A DNA stretch of 20,000 nt from an uncultured virus (IMG/VR IMGVR_UViG_3300021400_000484). Lineage: Duplodnaviria; Heunggongvirae; Uroviricota; Caudoviricetes. The stretch covers positions 57,745-77,744 of IMG/VR virus record IMGVR_UViG_3300021400_000484; one strand, written 5' to 3'. Of the stretch, positions 1 to 6,764 are shown in pieces (position 1 is the first letter of the stretch; each line of letters starts with the position of its first letter). The notes beneath the pieces were generated by a model. That model saw nothing but the letters and a program-made list of their open reading frames with translations. It had not been told where the DNA came from and ran no database searches. Made by a program: the position numbers and the translations under genes.

Positions 1-1492
1 CTGAGTAACCAAACTTTACGCAATATCTTGATAAATCCCATTCAACCTCTTTTTGTTTACCAAATTTAGGTTTTGAAAAAGTCATAACAGAAATTAAGTC
101 ATCATTATAAAACAGCCCATAAGCAATAAGATTTCCGCTAGATTTACCTTTTAAATGATATTTATCACAGAATTTGTTCGCATCTTTCAAATCTATTTTT
201 TTTACTGTCGTTTTTCTTCCATATATTATTGTTTTTTGAATAAATAAATCTTTAAGAAATTGTTTAATTTTTTCTTTGTTTTCTATCCAGTCTTTGTCGA
301 ATATTGATATTAATCTTATGTTCTGTCGCTCACAAATTAAGTATTTATTTAAATTATGTTCTTTTGTTTGCGTGAATCGTTCGCCATGCCATAAACTACC
401 ATTATATTCTATTGCAATATTTTTATCTTTACAGAATATGTCTAATTCGAGAAACCGATTAGATTTTTCACTTTTTATGGTTGTACGATTCCTTTTTTCT
501 GCATTTGGATAAAATAACTTTATATAATTATAAATGGCATCTTCACTTGCAGATATACTTTGCTTGCAGTGTGGACATTTACAGGCAGGTTCCCCAGTCG
601 AAATAACGATATGATTTCCAACATACTGGTTGTATATTCCATGTTTTTGACAATAAAAATCTAAATATTCAGTTGATGATATTTCTGATTTTTTAGCTCT
701 TTCCTTATCATATTCATGTGCTAATTCATTTATAAACCAATCTGGATAGCAAGGACGGTTTTTTATTATTGTTTTATTTCTTGATATTTTTTTATTTATT
801 CTTCCACACACAGGACATCCCTGATTAGGTTTCCCAGTGGAAATGTAAATATGTGCATCGACTCTTTGTTTATAATTTCCATGAATGTGACATTTAAATT
901 CTATTTTATCAGACCAATTAAGTTCTTTAGAAATAGCTTTCTGTTTGTCATTATCATTTGCTATATCATTTATAAACCATTGGGGAAATTTCCTTTTTTG
1001 CTTGTTTTTTTCTTTAACAGATTGTTTTTGTTTTATTATACCACATAGAGGACAACCTTGCTTTTTAGATGATGTTTTGAAATCGATATGGTCTGCAACT
1101 ATTTGGTTATAAACGCCATGTTCTTTACAAAAGAATTCTATTCTTTCATTATATTTTAAATCCTTATTTATTGCTTTCTGTTTGTTTTCTTCTGAATAGA
1201 TTTCATCTATAAACCATTTCGGATATTCAGGTCTTTTTGATTTCTTTGTTTCTGAAAATTTAGCTTTTCTTTTAATTTCACTACATAGCTGACAACCTTT
1301 ACGTTTTTCACCTGTGCTAAGTTTTATATGATCTGAAATTCTCTGTGTATAACATCCATGCTCTTTGCAGAAAAAATCTACAACATCCGAACTTTTTAGC
1401 TCATTATTCTTTGCTTTTTGTTTATCTTCTTCGTGAGCTAGTTCATCAATAAACCAGTCAGGAAATGCAGTTCTGTTTTTGATGTTTTTCAT
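1..1492 (-). CDS. Hef-like putative homing endonuclease, 3'-truncated by the window edge: four zinc-finger repeats + Vsr/DUF559-like nuclease + GNAT/Mom-like C-terminal domain
   Basis: Hand-translated frame is open from ATG (1492-1490) to the window start, about 497 codons: MKNIKNRTAFPDWFIDELAHEEDKQKA... It has four ~80-aa repeats P-x-WFI..C-x2-HG-x-Y-x-Q...H...C-x2-C, then SEDAIYNYIK..ELDIFC..IAIEYNGSLWHG..IRLISIFDKDW, then YGRKTTVKKI..ANKFCDKYHLKG..YGLFYNDDLISVMTFSKPKF..EWDLSRYC. SD-like AGGT lies upstream. Confidence 0.85.
   Translation of the reverse strand, partial: MKNIKNRTAFPDWFIDELAHEEDKQKAKNNELKSSDVVDFFCKEHGCYTQRISDHIKLSTGEKRKGCQLCSEIKRKAKFSETKKSKRPEYPKWFIDEIYSEENKQKAINKDLKYNERIEFFCKEHGVYNQIVADHIDFKTSSKKQGCPLCGIIKQKQSVKEKNKQKRKFPQWFINDIANDNDKQKAISKELNWSDKIEFKCHIHGNYKQRVDAHIYISTGKPNQGCPVCGRINKKISRNKTIIKNRPCYPDWFINELAHEYDKERAKKSEISSTEYLDFYCQKHGIYNQYVGNHIVISTGEPACKCPHCKQSISASEDAIYNYIKLFYPNAEKRNRTTIKSEKSNRFLELDIFCKDKNIAIEYNGSLWHGERFTQTKEHNLNKYLICERQNIRLISIFDKDWIENKEKIKQFLKDLFIQKTIIYGRKTTVKKIDLKDANKFCDKYHLKGKSSGNLIAYGLFYNDDLISVMTFSKPKFGKQKEVEWDLSRYCVKFGYS
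560..1470 (-). repeat. Four degenerate tandem coding repeats (period 237-240 nt) encoding C-x2-H...C-x2-C zinc-binding modules
   Basis: The anchor ataaacca (WFI codons on the minus strand) ends at 739, 979, 1216 and 1456, giving spacings of 240, 237 and 240 nt. Confidence 0.9.
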
Positions 1493-1527
1493 GGTGCTTT
1501 ACCTTTAACACATACCTGAATTTTAGA

Positions 1528-1575
1528 GGGCAGGGAAGCAGGTAAATCTTCCTTTTCGGTTGGCCGACCTAGCCC
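1528..1575 (-). ncRNA. Putative structured cis-regulatory leader RNA (three-way junction with an anti-SD loop)
   Basis: GC-rich island in AT-rich DNA. Minus strand reads GGGC-U-AG G UCGG[CCAA]CCGA AAA GGAAG[AUUUACCUG]CUUCC CU-GCCC. The loop is complementary to CAGGUA (1518-1513) and AGGUAAA (1504-1498). Confidence 0.7.
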
Positions 1576-1581
1576 AAATAC

Positions 1582-1610
1582 TTTATAGCATATATTAAAT
1601 AGTTTGTTAA
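1582..1610 (-). promoter_or_regulatory. Sigma70-type promoter for the leader RNA and nuclease gene
   Basis: Minus strand: TTAACA (1610-1605), 17-nt spacer, extended -10 TG-C-TATAAA (1590-1582). The predicted +1 falls at about 1575, the first G of the structured RNA. Confidence 0.65.
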
Positions 1611-1658
1611 TCTTTTTATGTTCGTACTAAGTATGTGTTGTAAATGAAGTCTAAATTT

Positions 1659-1679
1659 TATCTTTCTATCTATAACAAA
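1659..1679 (+). promoter_or_regulatory. Putative phage late promoter motif TATCTTTCTATCTATAACAAA
   Basis: About 88 nt upstream of the tail tube ATG. An identical 21-mer lies on the minus strand at 17766-17786, upstream of the sheath-like gene. Confidence 0.7.
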
Positions 1680-1766
1680 AGAGAGGTTTATCTTATCAAT
1701 CTTTAGATTGGTTAAATCACAAATAGTTTTCATACATTATTCATCTTTATAATAGGAGACAAAGCT

Positions 1767-2390
1767 ATGGCGCAAGGCTGTTACCCAAATAGTAAAGGTA
1801 ATTACGGTGGTTTAGGAGCTGATGTATTTAAGAAGAATGCTCAATACGAAGTACAAAGGACATGCCACTTCGAGGTTTCACTCACATACATCCCAGGCAA
1901 CGACACACAATTTCCGCAGGAATTTCGCGTCGCCGTGTCAGAAGTTTCATTCCCAGAGTGGAGTGTTGGTGACATCACATTATACATGGGCAATCAGAGT
2001 GTAAAAGTTTCTGGCCAGCCAGAACTAGGTGATGCAACGATTACGCTTAATGATTATATTGGTATTGATCTTGAACACAGACTCTATAATTGGTGGAGAC
2101 GTGTTTATGATCCGCAAACAGGTTTGATGGGTCTTGCTATTGACTACAAGACCAATATGAAACTCATCATGTACGCGCCAGATGGTTCGATGGAGCGTTC
2201 GTGGGATTGTTATGGTGTTTGGCCGACGACAGCCCCAGCAGGTTCGTTCTCTTATGAGGGGTCAGACAAGCGTACAATCGACATGACATTAAAAGTTGAC
2301 AATATGTATCCAGATCTTGACGCCCGTGCAGGCATTCGTGAAGAAGCTGCTGCTATTAACGAGAATGGTGGTAGTATTCTTAGACCATAA
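1767..2390 (+). CDS. Tail tube protein (T4 gp19-like)
   Basis: AGGAG SD. The pattern FEVSL..VSFPEWSVGDITL..KVSGQPELGDATITL..LYNWWRRVYDPQTG..YKTNMKLIMYAPDG..W..YGVWPT..FSYE..MTLKVD is typical of gp19-family tubes. Confidence 0.85.
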   Translation: MAQGCYPNSKGNYGGLGADVFKKNAQYEVQRTCHFEVSLTYIPGNDTQFPQEFRVAVSEVSFPEWSVGDITLYMGNQSVKVSGQPELGDATITLNDYIGIDLEHRLYNWWRRVYDPQTGLMGLAIDYKTNMKLIMYAPDGSMERSWDCYGVWPTTAPAGSFSYEGSDKRTIDMTLKVDNMYPDLDARAGIREEAAAINENGGSILRP

Positions 2391-3018
2391 GGTTCGTAAA
2401 CATATCGCCATAATCTTTATACCACGGCTGCGGATGCATTCTTTCAACGAAGAATCCCAGCCGTTTTAGTTTAAGCATTTCTCGTTTTTCAGCATCTTTG
2501 CCTGAATCATCATTGTCGAAAGATAGAATTACATGATTGGTTAAAGTTCGCAAGACTTCCATTTTCAAAACGGATATTGAATCAGTTAGACAAGCGAGTA
2601 CATTTTTATTTATGTTATTTTTTATGTATTCGCAATCTGCTGTTCCTTCGCATATAACAATAGGATCTGTGAACTTTCTTTCGGAAGGCAGGCAGCCGAT
2701 GTTATAAAACATTGATGGTGTGCCGTTAGAAATATTGATAAAACGTTTATTCTTTGTGGCGCGGCATATAATTTCAATTATGCAGCCATCAATGATATTT
2801 GGAATAAACATAACCTGTTTTTCTGTATTTACGAATTCAACTAGGTTTTGTGGTAAATCAGATAGTTTGTTGTTTTCTAACAAACCAGACAGGTTGGTTA
2901 TATCAAATATTTTGAAGTTTTTATTATAGTAGTACCCAATGTAATGATACTTGCTGATTTTGCTTTCGTTTTCTTCGATGCACCTTGCACACGAATAGAT
3001 TTCATTTAGAGTTGTCAT
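2380..3018 (-). CDS. DNA primase catalytic (TOPRIM) domain lacking a zinc-binding domain
   Basis: IVICEGTADC (conserved Glu), ILSFDNDDSGK (DxD) and YKDYGD motifs. Only 212 aa, with no CHC2 motif. Confidence 0.8.
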   Translation of the reverse strand: MTTLNEIYSCARCIEENESKISKYHYIGYYYNKNFKIFDITNLSGLLENNKLSDLPQNLVEFVNTEKQVMFIPNIIDGCIIEIICRATKNKRFINISNGTPSMFYNIGCLPSERKFTDPIVICEGTADCEYIKNNINKNVLACLTDSISVLKMEVLRTLTNHVILSFDNDDSGKDAEKREMLKLKRLGFFVERMHPQPWYKDYGDMFTNLMV

Positions 3019-3073
3019 TTTTTTTTATGTTTGTTTTGAGAAAAATTGCAGTTTTTTCAATTTAGTTTGTTTG

Positions 3074-4135
3074 TTATTTTCCGTTCACGGGTTCTCGGAT
3101 ATCTCTGCTTGGTGAGCTAATAAATATTTCAGGTTCTTCTTCATCGCAGAATCCAGAAGTAAGATTTATGCAATTTCTCAAGAACCCATCTTTTTCGCGT
3201 ATTGTTATTATTGTTGGTGTGACGAATTCTGGATTTATGTTATTTTCTGTTTCTGTATAGTTTGTCATAAATCCATATTCGATCAGAAGATCGTTTAGTA
3301 GTGTAGTGAATATTTTACCTTTTAGGTTTAAAGTTATAGTGCCTTCATAATTATATTCATTTTTCATTTCTGCTGTGTATTGAGCGAGAATGATTCCTTT
3401 TATGAAAGCATAGAAGCAGTTAAACTTTACTTTTTTATCTATAAGATTTGCAACGTTTTTGTCGTCTCTGTCGTTTGCGGCAATAACGTAATAATGTCTT
3501 TTTATGTATTGGTCAATTTCTTCTTTTTCATAAACAGGATAATAGTTACCGTCCTCGTCTTGAACATATTTGGTATTCTTGGCAACAAAGTCAATGGCAT
3601 ATTCAGGTGATCCAGTTGTCTTTTCTCCTTCAGAATCAAGCACATAATTCCAACTTCCATCGTTGGTTATGTAATGCCATTTATCGCTGCCATCTTTTAA
3701 TTTTACATAAATCTGTGAAGAATCTCTAAGTCTTGTGCTTTCGGTATAACCGATTTCATTATCACTATTTTTTACTATGTAAAATAGTTTGAATAGTGGT
3801 GCTGGCGGTCGCTGCGATATTGGGTCATAAGTGAGCCACCAATCATCGAACATCATTCTTAAAGAATTTACAATTATCCTGTAATTATCTTCATTATTGT
3901 TTTCGTTTTCAAAAACATAATTAAGCAAATTTGTTAATTTATCAAATTCAGTTGTTGGTATTAAAGGATTCCATTGCAGATCAATTCTGAACTGCGATGA
4001 TAAATTTCCTTGAGACAGTGCGTAGCCAAAAACGCCCCAAATAGTTGGAATAAGGCGAATCCAATCATCGGTTACGATCTGCCAGTATCTTATATAACCA
4101 GTTGTTTTATCTGTTGAAAAATATTGCCTAATCAT
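3074..4135 (-). CDS. Hypothetical protein, possibly virion structural (353 aa)
   Basis: Long ORF with no recognised motif. A late-promoter-like TATCTAATAT lies about 105 nt upstream (4250-4241). Confidence 0.7.
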   Translation of the reverse strand: MIRQYFSTDKTTGYIRYWQIVTDDWIRLIPTIWGVFGYALSQGNLSSQFRIDLQWNPLIPTTEFDKLTNLLNYVFENENNNEDNYRIIVNSLRMMFDDWWLTYDPISQRPPAPLFKLFYIVKNSDNEIGYTESTRLRDSSQIYVKLKDGSDKWHYITNDGSWNYVLDSEGEKTTGSPEYAIDFVAKNTKYVQDEDGNYYPVYEKEEIDQYIKRHYYVIAANDRDDKNVANLIDKKVKFNCFYAFIKGIILAQYTAEMKNEYNYEGTITLNLKGKIFTTLLNDLLIEYGFMTNYTETENNINPEFVTPTIITIREKDGFLRNCINLTSGFCDEEEPEIFISSPSRDIREPVNGK

Positions 4136-4257
4136 ATTTTTTTAGTTTGCTTATTTTTATGATATAGACTAATAATACATATTAGTCGTTTGTTATTACC
4201 ATTTATAAACGATTACGAACGACATATCAATCCCTTTTTGATATTAGATATAAATGC

Positions 4258-5013
4258 GTGCTTATGTTTAATTCAGATGACAATTCCCATTTAACAGATT
4301 ATCAGCTTGAACTCTTTTTAATGCGGAAAGAGATGCAAGATAAGGTCGATGAAACGTTGCTGAAAAACCCAAGGCGCAAGCTACCGAAAAAGAAAGCCAA
4401 ACCGAATTCGGCATGGGTTATGTCTGAAATGAGAACTGATGATGGTGCTGTCACTGATGTTGGTTGGGATCGCATTGAATCGCTTACACGCACAATTTTA
4501 AGAAAACATTTTCCGTCTATATCAATATATAAAGACCTTATTCAGATTGGTGTTATTAAAGCAGCGCAAGTAATAATGGAAGATCCAGAAAATGGTGTTT
4601 ATCGTTCGCTGAGAACTTATATTTATACTTGCATTAGAAATGAAATATCAAATTATCTTTATCATACGCATAAGCGCACACGCGAGACAAGTGATGGTTT
4701 GATGTTTTGCAAGACAAGTTTTAAGCATTCGTCTATTGATAATAAATATATAGACATGGTGTTTAATCGACTTCCAAAGAAATATAATAAATATAAAGAA
4801 TTTATTACATCTGTCATTGCAGTGCTTTCTGATTCAGAAGATGAATATGATGACGAATTGCTGTTTAATGAAGTGAGAATAAGAAGCTCTGAGCAAAACC
4901 TTGAACTTACGGATGAGGAGCTTAGAGAGAGTTTTGTCGATTTTATTCTGCCAGTTGAGAAACAAATAATAACATTGATTGTCAATGCAATACTTGTAGA
5001 TCAGAGATCATAG
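4258..5013 (+). CDS. Sigma70-family sigma-factor-like protein (start uncertain: 4258, 4264 or later)
   Basis: Region-2-like segment YKDLIQIGVIKAAQVIMEDPENGVYRSLRTYIYTCIRNEISNYLY resembles the DLxQEGxxGL...F.TYA..WIR pattern. A region 4 HTH is not clearly recognisable. Confidence 0.6.
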   Translation: MLMFNSDDNSHLTDYQLELFLMRKEMQDKVDETLLKNPRRKLPKKKAKPNSAWVMSEMRTDDGAVTDVGWDRIESLTRTILRKHFPSISIYKDLIQIGVIKAAQVIMEDPENGVYRSLRTYIYTCIRNEISNYLYHTHKRTRETSDGLMFCKTSFKHSSIDNKYIDMVFNRLPKKYNKYKEFITSVIAVLSDSEDEYDDELLFNEVRIRSSEQNLELTDEELRESFVDFILPVEKQIITLIVNAILVDQRS

Positions 5014-5029
5014 GAGCTGAGTTCGCATA

Positions 5030-5746
5030 ATGTCTTCAATAACATCACTCTGTACTGTAATAAAACATGAATTTAAGGATATAGAAACAAAACTGGCATT
5101 GCTCGCTTTGGCAAACAAGAAACAGTGTGATTTCATTGAAATGCTTTATTATATATTGGAGAATGATACACCTCTTTTTATAGAATTGTTTGGCGGACAG
5201 TTGTTAAAAATACCGACAAAAAATGAATTTCTCAAAGCAGAAAATAGTATAAGACTTTTCTTATATACGGTTGCGCATTCAGATAAGCCGAATCCTTTTA
5301 TATGTACGTCATATCGTTTTGGTGTTTATATGGATCGTGTTTATTCAAATTTCATTGATAATTATGAAATTTTCATAAAGAACAAACCGACGAGCGAAAT
5401 TGAACTTGAAGTGACAAACAAGGATTTGGATGCACTCGAAAAAATGTATTTAATTGCGAAAGAATCCCTCGCGAAAATAAAAGATGATTCGTCATTAAAT
5501 AAAAGATATAGTAAATTCAGTAGTGGCAATAAGAAAAAAGAAGAACAAACAAATAATGATAATTCCGAATATGACTTGCCTAATTCTGCTATGCTTCCAG
5601 AAGAAACAAGTGATGAAGACGCATATACATATTTGGAAACTGAATTTAATTACAACTTTGACGAAAACATTGATCTATCTACGATTAAAGAAGTGGATGA
5701 TGATGATGAGAAAGATTGCGCAAAGCAGCTTTCACTTTTTAAATAG
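5030..5746 (+). CDS. Hypothetical protein with a Mor/C transcription-activator-like motif and an acidic tail
   Basis: AGGAG SD overlaps the upstream stop. FIELFGGQLLKIP resembles the Mor-family FGGxxxYIP motif. Confidence 0.45.
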   Translation: MSSITSLCTVIKHEFKDIETKLALLALANKKQCDFIEMLYYILENDTPLFIELFGGQLLKIPTKNEFLKAENSIRLFLYTVAHSDKPNPFICTSYRFGVYMDRVYSNFIDNYEIFIKNKPTSEIELEVTNKDLDALEKMYLIAKESLAKIKDDSSLNKRYSKFSSGNKKKEEQTNNDNSEYDLPNSAMLPEETSDEDAYTYLETEFNYNFDENIDLSTIKEVDDDDEKDCAKQLSLFK

Positions 5747-5756
5747 GTGAATCGTC

Positions 5757-6284
5757 ATGGCTAGTTTTACGAAGATCCCAAAGGATGATGATAAAAACGA
5801 AACTGTCGAAATACTTGCAGATACGATAGAGACTTCACTAAAAAAAGAAGTATCTGAATTAACGGAGCGGCAGCGCGATGAGTTTTTTAACTGGTTGTGT
5901 GGGCGGAGTGAGTCAATACCACCTTTTGTTGAGGGGCTAGTCAATAACCTTGCATATAAAATAAACACTTCGATGGGATTTCTTTGTGCGATGTCTGTGT
6001 CTCGTTTATATAGGCTAACACAGTTTATGAGCGAGGCAGAGGAAATTATTTTCGATCCAAATATGCTTAAAGCAATGTCAACAAAGGAAATCACCGAGAC
6101 GTATAAAACTGCATCTACGGTTATCATGCAGACAATGGAGTTTATCCGACGTTATCTTGCACAGAATCAGGATGCAATCAATTTTGACACTAATTCTGGT
6201 TCGTCTGCTGTGTCGCAACTACTATCAACGTTGCCGCCAGAAAAACTTGCTCAATTAAAAGCATTATTCTTGTCTCAAAGTTAA
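5757..6284 (+). CDS. Hypothetical helical protein, candidate terminase small subunit
   Basis: AGGTG SD, 175 aa, co-oriented two genes upstream of terL. Function is inferred from size and position only. Confidence 0.4.
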   Translation: MASFTKIPKDDDKNETVEILADTIETSLKKEVSELTERQRDEFFNWLCGRSESIPPFVEGLVNNLAYKINTSMGFLCAMSVSRLYRLTQFMSEAEEIIFDPNMLKAMSTKEITETYKTASTVIMQTMEFIRRYLAQNQDAINFDTNSGSSAVSQLLSTLPPEKLAQLKALFLSQS

Positions 6285-6300
6285 GAGGTATTTCTTTATT

Positions 6301-6723
6301 ATGATTAACGACGCACTGTTTTCTTCTGATTCATCCGAGTGGTCTACACCGAAGGATTTCTATGATAAGCTAAACCTTGAGTTTAACTTTGAATTAGATC
6401 CTTGTGCTACCGATGAAAACCATAAATGCGATCTCTATTTCACAAAAGAGACAGATGGGTTGAGGCAAGATTGGGGCAATAAACGTGTATATTGCAACCC
6501 GCCTTATGGCCGTGGCATTGATAAGTGGGTTGAGAAATGTGCAAAGCATAAAGGATTGGCAGTTATGCTTATTCCTGCTCGAACTGACACGGCTTGGTTT
6601 CATAAATTCATATATCATAATTTGAATGCTGAAATTCGTTTTATTAAAGGTAGATTAAAATTTAGTAATTCAAAGAATAGCGCTCCGTTCCCTTCTATGG
6701 TAGTTGTGTTCAGAAATATGTAG
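6301..6723 (+). CDS. Phage DNA N6-adenine methyltransferase (phage Dam family)
   Basis: EWSTP..F..LN.EFNFELDPCA, VYCNPPYG, VMLIPARTDTAWFH, IRFIKGRLKF and SAPFPS motifs. GAGG SD. Confidence 0.92.
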   Translation: MINDALFSSDSSEWSTPKDFYDKLNLEFNFELDPCATDENHKCDLYFTKETDGLRQDWGNKRVYCNPPYGRGIDKWVEKCAKHKGLAVMLIPARTDTAWFHKFIYHNLNAEIRFIKGRLKFSNSKNSAPFPSMVVVFRNM

Positions 6724-6764
6724 TTATTATATTTTGTTTTCTTTATTTTTTTTAGGTGGATGTA

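Noticed and set aside
276..1048. Plus-strand ORFs 276-512 and 851-1048
   Set aside because: Antisense shadows of the long minus-strand nuclease ORF, which the track omitted because it runs off the window.
560..1470. Periodic repeats as a possible CRISPR array or DGR template
   Set aside because: Period is 237-240 nt, in frame, and conserved at protein rather than nucleotide level. No identical repeats with unique spacers and no reverse transcriptase in the window.
1528..1575. Leader RNA as a hammerhead/HDV-like ribozyme or tRNA
   Set aside because: Has GAAA but no CUGANGA core, no nested double pseudoknot, no T-loop or anticodon arm, and is too short for a tRNA.
3436..3444. TATCTATAA on the + strand inside ORF 3074-4135
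   Set aside because: Antisense within a gene with no credible ORF start nearby. Probably a chance match, and a reminder that the short core alone occurs at background frequency.
6301..6723. Methyltransferase as part of a restriction-modification system
   Set aside because: No adjacent restriction endonuclease motifs; this family is typically orphan in phages.
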